Below are positions 47,926-60,300 of a stretch of DNA of 64,000 nt, piece by piece. The position numbers and the translations under genes were made by a program. Within the stretch, counting starts at the first letter, position 1. Each line of letters opens with the position of its first letter. Location of the stretch: positions 3,584,161 through 3,648,160 of the forward strand of contig MU054323.1 in assembly GCA_013239625.1 (NCBI GenBank), read 5' to 3'. This DNA comes from Lama guanicoe. Its lineage: Eukaryota. The notes beneath the pieces were generated by a model, which saw only the letters and a list, made by a program, of their open reading frames with translations, did not search any database and was not told the origin of the DNA.

Positions 47926-50094
47926 AGAAAACCTCTGAGCTGGGTATGCAGAGTGGTCTGAGAGACAGAGGGGCAGCCAGGAAGTGGACGGACGGCTGAA
48001 CTGAGTGGAAGTGGCCTGTGCCCAACGTACCCCAAGGGACCTTGCCTGCCCTGGGGACACTGGGTCATGGGGGCTTGACTGGGCATGCTCTGTGAGCATG
48101 GAGACTTCTGGACCCAATAGAGTGAGCATCCAAGGGCAAGGAGCAGAGCTGAGGCACAGCCAGAGAGAGGGCGCTGCAGGAGGAAGGGCAGGGAAGCCAC
48201 CCAAGATCCTTGATGACTGATGAGTAGGAGTGACAAGGGCTTGTCAGGAGGGATGGAGTCTGCTCTGCGGCCCAGTGTAGAAAAGCACTGTCATTGCAAC
48301 CAGAAAGGGAGTTGCCAGCTGTGCTGAGTGAGGATCAGAAGGCCCTGGCACATCCCTAAACCAGTAACTATTTACATTTCCACAGGAAGAGTTTAGATCA
48401 GATGCCAAGCAGGACTGGATGCAGGAAGTGCCATCAAAGGCCATGTGGGTGTTTAATGAGACTCGGGGCTGTGCTGCCTGCAGCCAACTCAGGAGCACGT
48501 GGACTTTCCCGGTTGTATCTTCACTTCAACACAACTGGGCACCCGCAGCGTAAGCAGGTGCTGGAGGAGATGCAGGTACACCGACATCCCTTCCTGGGCA
48601 CGGGGCTGGTGACACAGAAGGCAGATAGATGACTTCAGTCTCCAATGAGATTTTCTGGCAAGTGGATTGACAGTGGCTGGATCTCTGTTAAATGGCATAA
48701 GAACTGTGATTTACAAACGCCTGTCTCTAATTGCCCTGGACAGAGCCCAGTCACTGAGGTTCTCTTCTGCCTCCAAACCCAGATTTTCTGGGCCTCCAAG
48801 GCTGCCAGAGATGTCCTCCTACATCTCTAGACCGCAGCCCAGGTCCGTCGTCAGCACCCCCGCTGTGAGTAACACCCAGAACTCTGAGCGCTTCCTTGGT
48901 GGAGTTGCTGTGCTGGCCCTGGGCACGCAGACATACACCAGACACAGTCCACACTTTGAGGGGCCCCAGGTGGGTGGGAGAGACAGATACACAGTTAAAC
49001 GGGGGAATCAAACCAGATCAGGTGGGGGAGCCTCCCAGATGACACCGTTACCTCTGGGTCAGTGACAGGGACACCTCCCAGCCCAGGCAGAGAAGCCCAG
49101 GACTGAGGACCTGTTCTCCGAGCATGCCGAGGGCGCCTGCCTCCGACTCCTGGGCTGCTGGAGGAGCGCTTTTGCCCACTGGTCCAGGGAGACTGACAGG
49201 GCTATCTGTCCTTGTATCCAGAGCCTGCCCAACACTCTGAAGCCAGGTCTGCGGAATTGCCATCAGCCCTGCCAGGTCTGCCTTGTGCTTGATGCACAGG
49301 CGGGTCCGGAGGGTAAGGCAGATAGGAGGTGGGGGTGACAAACTCCCCACGCTGCCCCCACATAGCTCTTGGCCAAGCTGGTGGACTCATCTCTCAAAGC
49401 CAGAGATGAGACAGTGAGTGGGGGCCCAGCTCATACGGGCTGCAGGCTAGTGGGGACGTTAATACAGGGAAGTTCCTCTTGAAGGAGAAGGATATTTGAC
49501 CCAAGCGTCCCATGGTTTGGGGATATAGATGGAACAAAGAAAGCTACTGCAGAGGAAGGCAGAGCTGGGCACACGGACCATGGGGGCACCCGGTGTGATC
49601 TACAGGACAAGCCAGGGGAGTCCCATTCAGCTCCCTTGCTTGAGTGTCTCCCATGCTGCCTCGCCACCACCGAGGTGGCATTGCCTCCAATTTACAGAAG
49701 ATGAAAGCAAGGCCAGAGAGGACGAGCAGCCACCCAGGGGCTCAGAGCCAGCAGCCAGAAGAAATTAGCTTCTCAGCTGTTCAATACCCAGGCCAGCTTC
49801 TGTGGGCTGGAAAGGAGAGCGTTCCCTGGAGAAGACACAGAAAGATGGCTGCGATGGAGGCAGGAGCCTCACTGTGCAAAGCCTCAGAAGTCAGACCAGA
49901 GAGTGGCTGCAGGGATGTTGGCTAAATGCTCCACACTTCACGTGTGGCTGCAAAGGTCTGCTTCTCCGGGAAGGCTCTGTTTTACTCCTGGCTTTGGCTT
50001 TGCTTCTGGAGGGAACTTGCGGGAGCAGCTGGTGCAGGGCATGGGCCCAGGCCTGGCTCCAGTGTGGGCTCCAGAACTTCTTACCTGGGTGGCC

Positions 50095-50240
50095 TTGAGC
50101 TGATCACTTAAGCTCTCAAATGCTCAATTTCTTCATTGTAGCAAGATCTAATAATACACTGCCAGCTGCTGCAAGGATTAGAGGTCCTGTATGCAAAGTG
50201 CTGTACATATGATCATGCACAGTAATGAGGTGCTATTAAT
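50095..50240 (+). mobile_element. MIR SINE fragment
   Basis: ccttgagctgatcacttaagctctc...ctcaatttcttcat...tatgcaaagtgct. Confidence 0.6.
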
Positions 50241-51837
50241 ATGATGTCAGCTGCTGGCTGCAGCCACCTCCTCCTCAGTGGTCCCTGCTTCAACCACCCA
50301 GTCACCTCTGAGGAGATTGCTTCAACCCATGCTGATGCTGCAGGATGGAGGTAAATCTCCAAAGGATTTGAGACAGGGCCCTATAGTCTGGGAGACGCCC
50401 TGAACATAAAGAAATCAAGTGGCTTCCCTGATCTTGCATCCCACACATCTTACACAGCATCAGGGAGAAGCCGCCGATGTAGACAGCTGGTCCCGCAGTG
50501 TTCCCGATCACAGGAGCTATTAGCTGTGTCATGCATCCATTTGTAATGAAATGGATGTGTTTTGATTTCTCTGGGAAGACAGATTTTCTCCTAAATCCTT
50601 GCTTGCTTTCATCCTTGGACATGAAACAGCCCATTCTAATCTCATATGGAGGGGCAGCAGTTGTAAGGCGCCCATGAAATCTGATCACCAACTCAGCTCC
50701 CAGGCGGCAGCTTTGATCGCTGGGAGGGAGCAAGTCTTCCCCAGCTTGGTGCTAATAGCCCCATGCATTATTGAAGAGCCATGTTTCAGTGGCAGACACA
50801 TTCGGAGAGATACCCAGATTGCAGGCTGGAGTGTCAGCTGCTCCCCTCACTCCTTGGTGATGGCGCTTTGTAATCCAGCAGAGCCACTAAAAATAGGTAC
50901 CTGACAGAGTTGTCTGTGCAGGGCACCCCACCCTTGCCGCAGGCTAGTTGGAGGACAGCTGACACAGAACAAGCAAATAAGGTGAAACCAGCACTTTCCC
51001 ATTCTCTCAACTGCTGCTCCTCTGACTCAAATGTCTGAGGAATGAACAGCTGCCCAGGGAGCATCCTCAGGAAATGTGCATCTGAGGCCTCAGCTGACTG
51101 CAGGCTGGGCTATGGCCAGACTGTTTTCTGACCCCTCTGAGAAGGACACAGGTACCCATCTTTTGGGACTACTGGGGCAAGGCAAAATTTGGACTTAATC
51201 ATCCCCGAGAATTTGCTGGAAGTGCTAAGCGGGGTGGGGAGGCTCACTGAACCCATCCTCTCTTTCTTACTCTTTGAACTGGATAGTTTGAACTAGTCAA
51301 GCCCTCTTTCATTAATTCAAAAGCCATTATTTGAATATCTACCTTGTGGTCTTCTAGTTCCTGTGGAGCCTGCTTGGGAGATTTTTAGTGTAGATGGGGC
51401 TGTGGCAGGAACTCAGGACGGGGATGGGTGTCAGTGGTAGTGATGAACAGGGAAGGATGGATGGATTGAGAGATGTTGATGAGGCTGAATTGAAGGTACT
51501 TGGTGATGAAATGGCCACGGTGTGGCGGTGAACGAAAGAGAGGTATCTAGGAGGAATTCTAGGCCATACAACCAGGGATGGTCTGGGGATTGAATTGGTC
51601 TGAGAAATCCAGGGAAATGCACTTAATACACCCGGGGGGCTGTGTGAGCCTGACATGCTGTCCAGGACGTGCCTGCTCAGCAGTCTTGAGGACATGGGTC
51701 CCCCCACCCCCAACCTCTGGGTGTGGCCCCATCCTAGCCAAACTCACAGTCTAGGGGAGCAGACGACACCCCTGCAGGAAACAGGGACTAGCAGGTTGGC
51801 TTGGTTCCTTCCAAAGGGCAGAAGTGGATACGATCAT

Positions 51838-52142
51838 CTAGCCGTCTTTATGGAGCCAGACATTAAAGGGATTTGAAGAACTATAAAACAATGCCGCCTT
51901 TCTCACTAATTATTTTTGTTTTAGAAAATACAGATTTTTTTCATAAAAATATAACACATAGTAGTTTATTATTGTTAGTTTTAAATAAAGTAATACATAA
52001 TTTAAAAATTTCTCAGCTTTAATTTTTAATATGGTGAATATTGATAGCTATAAGCCACCTAAACAGAAACTCTTAAGGGTCGTCAATAACTTTTAAGACT
52101 ATAAAATAGGGATCCAGAGACCAAAACGTTTGAGAACAGCTG
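51838..52142 (+). mobile_element. Charlie1-family hAT DNA transposon terminal fragment
   Basis: atggtgaatattgatagctataagccacctaaacagaaactctt...gagaccaaaacgtttgagaacagctg resembles the Charlie1 terminus; followed by atctagga. Confidence 0.75.
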
Positions 52143-52479
52143 ATCTAGGACAAGGAGGCCCCTTAATTCCTGGGGTCCTCTTTAGGCTCCCCTTTCATTG
52201 GCAGCTGAGTCATGAACAAGATGCCGTGGGGTAGTGTAGTTATGTTGGAAACACATACTTTAGGCACAGATGGTGCCCTGAACCACTTGCCTGGGCTGTA
52301 ACATGCACCGAAGCATCACTTCTTGTTTGCAGGCTAAAAAGGTCCTGTGTGGGGCAAACATTAGGAGGATCCATACCCCCATACACTAAAGGTGCACCAA
52401 AGAGCAAACTTTTTCTAAATGCTGGCTTGTCATCTTTCACTGGGGGAGTTTCTGGTCACCTTCCCTCTGGCCCCTTACA

Positions 52480-53085
52480 CTCTCCTATTAATTAGAATAT
52501 AGACAGTGATCTTTCTAAAAACACTAGAAAGATAATTTGGTCCCATTTCCCCCTGATTAAAAGTCCTTTAGCTGTTCTAAATCAACTCAAGGAATTAAAT
52601 CCCAAATCTTATTAAATCATGCAAGGTTCTTTGTGGTCTGGTTCCTCTCGGCATCATGACTTTTCAGCAGCCTCACTCAGCTACTGGAAGATTCCTGAAG
52701 TTTCAGGGACTCTCTTGCTTATGGGGACTTTGTCTATGTGGTGTCCACTCTGCACCCCTCTTGTGCCTGAAATGCCTGCTTCCTTCCTTTCTTCCTCTGG
52801 TCCTGTAGGAGTCAGGTTAGAAGCATCTCACCTGGGGAGCTCCCTGACCCCTTCCGCCCTGACCACTAGAATGCTGTGCTTCCTGCTTCGGGGCTGAGAT
52901 CTCACCTGTACTAATCCGAATGTGTTGGTCCTTGACAGGCAGTGTCCATTCTGATTGGCCAGTTTCTCATTCTGATTGCTTGTTGCCCGTACTATTCTAT
53001 TTGTTAAATATTTTTAAGACCAACCCTTCCAAAGGCCTTGAAAGAAAGCACTCAGTAAATATTTGTCGAATGAATAAGTGAACAA
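52480..53085 (+). mobile_element. L2 LINE 3' region, fragmented
   Basis: cagtgatctttctaaaa...aaatcccaaatctt, with tail gcactcagtaaatatttgtcgaatgaataagtgaa. Confidence 0.65.
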
Positions 53086-56000
53086 AGTCCTCTGGGCTCC
53101 AAAATCACAAAGTGAGTTGGCTTAAGAAGCCAGCACTCTGGGCCCCTGATCTCAGAGCCAGAGATTCAGGCCGTTTTCTTTTACCAGCGGCCTGGCTTTT
53201 GAAACATCCTGCACTGCCCCAAGGTCTGAGCACCTCAGTCCGTTGATAGTTTTCTCCGAACCGCACAACAGCAAATAATCAAAGCTTGAACTCCTTTAAC
53301 AGACAATGTCTTCCTACCAGGCTGGCTCCTCACACACCTGCACCATTAGAGGCAGGAAAAACCCCTGCCCTACAAAGAAATGCAGCCTATGGTTTCTTGG
53401 GTGGGTCAGCAACGTCCTTGGTCCAGAGGGATTATTACCGAGGCAATTGTAACAGCTCACATTACGGGTTAAACTCCTAACTGAATGGATTGCAAAGTGC
53501 TCCAATTACTTGAAACAATTAAGCACTGGAGTCAATATCCTTTCATAAATTGCTGGAAGAATTGTTTTCTAAATCCATTCTCATCATTGCCTCCACGTTG
53601 GAGCAATCAGTAAAACCCCAGAGACACTGGAGCCAGACGTTCTCATCATCCATTCAACCTGCTCTGCAGGGTTGCCCTGACCCAGGAGACAGTGTAACAT
53701 AGTCTTCTGGGTGTGGGTGGGCCATCTGAAGTATAAGCAGAAGCGCCTACAGACTGAGCAAGTCTACTCCTTTCCCTGGCAATTAAGATCTTTTATGCTC
53801 TGCCCCTCCAGCCTTGCCTGACCAAGTCCACTCATCCTTATAGACTAAGGTCAAGCCCCTCTGCTCCAGAAAGCTTGCCATCCTGGACATGACAGTGTGC
53901 AGGGGTGGTGTGTGCCAATATGAACAATTTCTCAGTGTGTCAGGGGCCCATTAAACTCTTGGCTACCAGTTAAATACACGAACAAAGTTTAAACTGATAA
54001 GGTTAAGATCAGAATTACCCAAACTAGCACCAAATGCTGTTTGTTTAATTGGTTATGGCTGATGAATGGCAGATGCATCTTAACCTCATTTTTTCATTCA
54101 TTTGACAAATGCTTATTCAGTACCTACTAGTGTAGTGTGCTAGGCTCTGTGTGGTGCAGGCCCCAGCACATCTCTCTCACACACACACCATGTTTCCTTG
54201 GAAAATCAGCTTCACAAGAATAATCACAGCAGTAAAAATTCTCCCAAGAGAGACAACAGAGAAACAAAAGAGAACCCCAGTTCCAAGCCTGGAATAAGCG
54301 GTTTCCCTGAGGGCTAAACTGTGGCCAGAAGTGAAAGGGGAGCTCAGAGGACAGGGTCCTGGACTTTTGCCTGGAGCCTTCTGCTCTCCCCACTTGCAGT
54401 CAGACTGCCAGGCTGACGGTCAGGCCGGCCAGGTGGGCAATGCCCCAGGATAGCAGGCCTGTCCTGTTGGCAGCTGAGATCCGGCCTGGGAGCTGCCGAC
54501 CAGGACTTAGCACAAGAAGACCTTCCCACTCAGCCAGCTCATCTGCAGCTGTTAAAAGAAAAAAAGAAAGAAAGAAAGAAAGAAAAAAAAGCCAAGGAAA
54601 ACAGAGTCTCGGGTGATTGATGGACTGTGTGTGTCTCTCTCTTGCTCCCGTGGATTTTTCAATTGGAAAGAGGAGGCTTATCTCTCATTTTTAATTGATT
54701 TTAATGCTGCTCAGCCAGGCTAGATCGGATCTCAACTCCTCTGTGGCCCTCCATGAATGGTGAGGAGCTGCCTGAATGTTAATGAGAGGGGCTCAGAGAA
54801 GCTGGAGGAGGTAATGAGGCCATTGTGTGCCTGCGAGACTTCCCCAGTGGCTGGGCTGTCGGGCTGACCTGCTGCCACGGACCCACCTACAGATTTCAGG
54901 GCTGGTGTGGATATGGGAATAGGGGCAGTTTGATCTCTAGAGGATGCAGAGGAGGAGAAACGTGCTATTGTCATTAATTAGAGCCTGGAGGGCTTCTGGC
55001 TCAATCCGTTGCAAGATTTGGGACTCCAGCTAGCCTGCCTCTCAAAACATTTACTAAGTCTCCTCCTGCCAATCCCCTGTGCTTCATCCACGTCTGAAAA
55101 GCCGTCTTGGTGCTTCTGCAGTTTATATCTGTAACATAGGCAATACCTTCTCTTCTCACTTCCTGTTTGTTCTTCCTTACCACCCCTTCTTCCCCCAAAC
55201 CTTGCTGGGCTCTGCCTCTGCGTGAGCTTGGACCAGTTGCCAAGCTCCTCTGGTCCTCAGCTTTCTCCTCTCAAATAGAGACAACAGCATTGACCATGGG
55301 CCATTATTTGAGGAGGCAGAGAAGATACTGAGGGTAAAGTACCCTGTGCTGTGCTCAGAGCGGTAAATACTCAGGTGTTATTTCTTTTCCCCTCAACCTC
55401 CCCTTCCTCTCTACCAAGCTAACTGGATCCAGAGATGGGAACGAAATAATTGGAAATGGGAGGAGGACTGAAATGCTATTCTGTGGGGATGGACTCAGGC
55501 TCTTGTAACCACACCATACAACAGTTAACTGATGGAGATCCATCCTGTTTTCTTAGCTGGAAAAAGATAACTGGTCCCTTAGAGGGGATGTTCTCAGGAG
55601 TAGCTGCTAGAGAAGAAACACCCAGAGGAGTTTTTTAGAGACCAGTGCAATGGCTCATGCCCCAGAGTCTGACTCAGTTGGCCTGGGATGGGCCAGTGGT
55701 TGGTAGAGGTTTGGAACGTTGCGGAAGGTGAGTTTAAAAGGGTGGGGGCTAAGGGGAGAAGATTTTATTCCACAAAGCAGGGGCCTCATCTAAGCGTTCA
55801 GCTATTTGTTCTACCCGATGGTCTTCCACAAGCCTCTTACTGTGGTCACCACAGTCGTTCCAAGGGAAATCCAGTGCTCCCATAGTGGCCCTCATAAGCC
55901 CAGGTGGCAGGTAGGAGGGTGGAGGAGGGAGGTATAAGATCTATGGAGAATTACCTCCTAACACTTATGTCCCCAGATATACATCCCAACCATCTGACAC

Positions 56001-56149
56001 ACACACTCACACAAGCATATGAACTCACTTCAACGTGCACAGTATCACCATCCTACAAGCATACGCAAAACTCAGGAAGTATGTGGACAGGGTCTGGAGC
56101 AGCACCTTTCTTTCTTGTATAAACTGAGAATGCCTAGCTTGAGTCTCCA

Positions 56150-56600
56150 ACTGGAACCCATTCTCCACACGGAACTGACAGTGATCCTTCTAGTACAGAA
56201 ATCTGATCGCTTCCCTCCCTTGCTTAAAACGCACTGCCTGCTGGACACAGTTCAAACTTTCTAACTTGGCCTGTTGCCCCTGCAGCCTTTCTTCCAGCTT
56301 CTCCCCAGCCCAGCAGCCTATGCTTCAGCCATAGGAAGCCATAATGGTCCCCATTTGCCCTGTACCCTCCAGTGTATCCACACGAGGCCCCTCTCTCAGG
56401 CTGAGATCTCTCGGGTACCCACCACAGGACTGCAGAGTGAACTGTCCTCTATCCCACACTCCTGCCACAATTTCTGTTTATACCAATGTCCCACTAAGCT
56501 CACAGTGGTGGTGTCATCATCATTTATTGTTTTCTTGACTTCCTCCCCAATTCTAGGCAGGGAGCTGCTGTTGAATTTGTTCCTGCATCTCTGCTGAGTG
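56150..56600 (+). mobile_element. L2 LINE fragment
   Basis: cccattctccacac...agtgatccttcta...aaatctgatcgcttccctcccttgcttaaaac. Confidence 0.68.
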
Positions 56601-56676
56601 AGCCCTAGGGCCTAGGGCAGGGGACAAGACTTAAGAAGTAAGATGACTGCTGTTAGGTTAGTTCTAGGACTGTAAG

Positions 56677-56856
56677 CAGGACTGGCTACATAATTTGAAG
56701 GGCTCAGTGCAAAATGAAAATGTGGGGTCCCTTTGTCTGAAATTATTCAGAATTACAAGAAGATGACAGCAGAGCGTTAAATCAAGCATGTAGCCCTTTG
56801 CATGCTGAGCCCTGGGTGACTGCACAGGTCACCATGCATCCATGAAGCCGGCTCTG
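56677..56856 (-). mobile_element. MER45A hAT-Tip100 MITE, full length
   Basis: caggactggctacataattt...cagtgcaaaatgaaaatgtgggg...ccatgaagccggctctg is the reverse complement of MER45A, with both TIRs present. Confidence 0.85.
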
Positions 56857-57031
56857 GTAACAGGAGTGGCCTCCTGATGAGGCGATAGCATCAGGCACTG
56901 TCACATGCCCTGAGGACCAGGTGAAGCCAAGAGCCCAGAGGGAGGCTGCGGGTCAGGGAGCACCAGCCCTGACAGAGCCTTTGGGGAAACTTGGGTTTAC
57001 ATACGGTGACCTTCCCTCCCTCCCATCTCCC

Positions 57032-57087
57032 CCTTCCTTCCTTCCTTCCTTCCTTCCTTCCTTCCTTCCTTCCTTCCTTCCTTCCTT
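57032..57087. repeat. (CCTT)14 tetranucleotide microsatellite
   Basis: Perfect 56-bp run, followed by a duplicated ttttcctcatcttcctt. Confidence 0.95.
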
Positions 57088-59480
57088 TTTTCCTCATCTT
57101 CCTTTTTTCCTCATCTTCCTTCCTTGTGTGGGAGGAGCATCGCATTGACATTACTTCTTTCCCTTCTTATCCACTTAATGAAAATTCTCTGGGCACCTGC
57201 CGTGAGCCCTGACCTGGATATAACGCAGCGGGTTCCCTGCTCTTGAGGACCCTGCATGCACACCTAGGACCCTCCGTATACAACCGCCAGAGACGATGGT
57301 ACTTCCGTTTTCCAGCTTCTAACCTCACCACCCCACACCTGAACAGCCATCCAGAGCCTTCCCTCAGTCCTTCTCCTATAAGGTTTTAAAACACATCACA
57401 ACTGCATGTTCATGATAACAGTACCAGGGCAGATATGAAATTAGAGGTGCAAAGAGTTGAGGATGGCATTAAGCACAAGTCTCCTGACTCCGCCCAGCCC
57501 CAGGACCCAGAGGAAACCAGTTTGACTACTTCTGTTATGTTGTCCTGACTTGTGTTTGTTCAGGTGGTTACACCATAGTTCTAAGTAGCTTAGACCTTGA
57601 TTTCACGGTGTGTTGACTCTGGACAGTGTCTATTGACTTCCTGCCATGAAAGGTGATCCAGTTAGTGCACTTCTTCCCCCTTAGCTTTCACGTCTCTCCT
57701 GGTTTTGTTGAATTACTTTTAGCTCTTCTATTTGGTGTCCTTATAACATTAAATAATTGGTTTAAATTCAGATATGTTCTACTGCATCGGCTTTGCACAG
57801 TGTCTCCAGGCTGCCTACTCTGCAAGAAGGAGAAAGTGGTTTCTGCCCGTCCTGTCCTCCCCAGCCTCCTAGCCCCATGTTCCAGCTTATTTTACATGAT
57901 CAAGTTCTTTATCAAGTACATAATCAAGTTCTTTTACTTTATCAACTTCTCCATGATAAAGGTTACCACATTTACAGGCTACTCAGTAACTAACTATGAC
58001 TTCTGTCCACTGACTACTGCAGAAGTCAGGGACTCAGGCCCACAGGGAGGCAGGAGTCAGAGCTGCTCCCAGCCCAGGAATCTGGGTGAGTAGGTGGCTG
58101 ATGGGCCTGTGTTACAGGTCTGAGGGCAGCCCCAGGGCTTGGGGAATGTGAGGGAGTGCTGGGACGTGCAGCAGTGGTAGACACGCTCACGTCTGTGGTT
58201 TTGAACTGGGCTCCCCTCAGCACAGCCCGGGCTGGATGCGGGGCGGGGCTGGATGTGGGGCGGGGGCATCCTTGCTCGCATCCACGCACACGTGAAGGAA
58301 GGAGCCAGGAGCACACGAAGAAGACAGCTTATCCACCTTATCTCCACTTGGGGCCCTGGAGCTCCTCTAGCCCAGTCTCCTTGTTCTGCTGATGTGGGAA
58401 CTAGGGCTGGAGGGCGGTGGGCCGCAGTCTTCCCTCCACAGCACACCTGGGCGCCTGGACAAACTCCAGTTCCCCTCAAGGCCAGGTCAAAAGCCTCTCC
58501 CTTTGGAACCCAGCAGTACCCTTCGGGCAGGCCAGAGTCATACACTGTCCACTCCCAGCTCCCATGAGGCCTGAGCTGACTCCCACCATCACTGCGTCTG
58601 TCAGCTCCTAAGCTCCTTCAGGTGCGGCTGGATCCTGTCCACGTTGTCTCCCAGGGCTCAGAGGAGAGCTAGCTCAGTGGTGCTACTGGGGAGGGAAGGA
58701 AGGAAGGAAGGGCATAGGCCCCAGGCCCCTCTGGTTCCAGGCCCCGCCCAGGCCCCCACACCAGCCCACAGTCTTTCTTGCCCTGCCTGGGGAGCCCAAT
58801 CCTGGCCACCCTGACGCCTGGGCTGTGTGGCACTTGCTGTTTTTAAACTGTGAAAATGTTCCTAAAAGGTTACAAGGCATCTTGGAGGTTGTTCTAGGGA
58901 GAGAAAAATATTGGGCACTGAGCCTCTGAGTTCACAGCAGAGTGGATACTGGGGTGATCTGTCAGCTTGTGCCCTGGCGACACGTCAGCTTGTCCATGAA
59001 GCAGCACTGGACTTGCTCCCACCTGGCAGTGCAAAGCCCAGACTCCACAGAGGTTTGGCATCTTCCATGATTTGGTACAACCAGGCTGGCTCTGGGGGCA
59101 ATTTTGTACACTCTAAGCATGGTCCAGAAAGATGAAATGGGAAACGGGGTTCCAGAACTCCAAGAAGATCCCAGGGCTTATGTCCAAGCCATGGCCAAGC
59201 CCACCATCTATATGGCAGTTAATTTTATATGTCAACTTGCAAGGTGTTTTTGGATGAGATTACCATTTGAAAAGGTGGATATTGAGCAAAGCAGCAAGCC
59301 TCATCCAATCAATTGAAGGCCTAAATTGAAGAAAAAGACCAGGCTCCCCGAGTAAGAAGGAATTCTGCCACAATGTCATCTAAGCATTAGCTTTGCTGGA
59401 TCTCCAGCCTGCTGACCCACTGCAGATTTGGATTTGCCAGTCTCCGTAATTGTGAGACAATTCCATGCAATAAATCCCTT

Positions 59481-59560
59481 TATATATATATAATATATAT
59501 ATATTTGTGTGTGTATATATATGTGTGTATATATGTGTGTATATATATATGTATATATAT
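59481..59560. repeat. Compound (TA)n/(TG)n microsatellite
   Basis: Read directly; lies at the position where MLT2 LTRs typically carry a dinucleotide tract. Confidence 0.92.
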
Positions 59561-59561
59561 T

Positions 59562-59815
59562 TGTTATGAGCCAAATATGTCCCTGCAAATTCACACATTG
59601 AAGCCCTAACCCACAATATGAAGGTATTAGGAGGTGGGATTTGGGGGAGGTAATTAGGTTTAATTAGGTCTTGAGGGTGGGGCTCTTACCAGAGTCCAAC
59701 CATACCACCACCCTGATCTCGGGACTCCCAGCCTCTGGAACCGTGAGAAACAAATTTCTGTTGCGTTAAGCCACCCAGTCTGTGGTATTTTCTTATGGAA
59801 TACTGAGCTAACACA
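59562..59815 (+). mobile_element. MLT1A-like LTR, internally deleted, nested in MLT2
   Basis: tgttatgag...aaattcacacattgaagccctaaccc...ttaagccacccagtctgtggtatttt...gctaacaca. Confidence 0.85.
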
Positions 59816-60204
59816 GCATCTTATTGGTTCTGTTTCTCAGGAGAACCCTGATGAATGCAATCTCATTTATGGGGAGCAGGTGGCAGAACCTGGGGTGACA
59901 CCCAGGCCTGATGAGCAGTCTTCTCCATCCTGGCCCAGCATGGGGGCAGCCCACCTCCCCCCAACCCCAGCCAAGAGCATTGTGGGAGAGGGCAGGCTGG
60001 AAGAAGCTCTGGTGGCCATCCAAGATGGCTGTGATGAAATCAATGAGGAGGCTGTGAGCGGGTCGGTTGCTCTGTGCACACTGAATTCCCCTATGAGGCA
60101 GTATCCTGCAGGCATAACAAAAATAGAGTGCGTTTTGATGTTAATCACATGCCTTGGCCTCCATTCTGTTAACAGTGAGTCAGGCAGGAGAGCAATGATT
60201 ACAC

Positions 60205-60300
60205 CACACCCATTTGATGGAGGAGGAAACTGAGGCCCAGAGACTCACCTAAGGTTACAAAGCAGAAGATACTGGAGTAAGAATCAGAGCCAGGCCTCTC
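60205..60300 (-). mobile_element. MIR SINE fragment
   Basis: cccatttgatggaggaggaaactgaggcccagaga...cctaaggttacaaagc. Confidence 0.7.

Larger units (their letters stand above)
59211..59859 (+). mobile_element. MLT2 (ERVL) solo LTR with internal TA/TG microsatellite and nested MLT1A
   Basis: Starts near gttaattttatatgtcaacttg; gcctcatccaatcaattgaaggcct; ends tattggttctgtttctcaggagaaccctgatgaatgca; flanks atcta/atctc give a 4/5 TSD match. Confidence 0.88.

Noticed and set aside
56891..57212. RKEG/FLPS repeat ORFs
   Set aside because: Translations of the (CCTT)n STR.
57653..58093. 146-aa hydrophobic ORF
   Set aside because: T-rich sequence resembling an old antisense L1/HAL1 relic with short ATCAAGT repeats; non-ATG start.
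59880..60233. 117-aa ORF with a protein-like acidic stretch (EEALVAIQDGCDEINEEAV)
   Set aside because: Non-ATG start, ends in a MIR, and I recognise no homology; would need BLASTP/PhyloCSF support.
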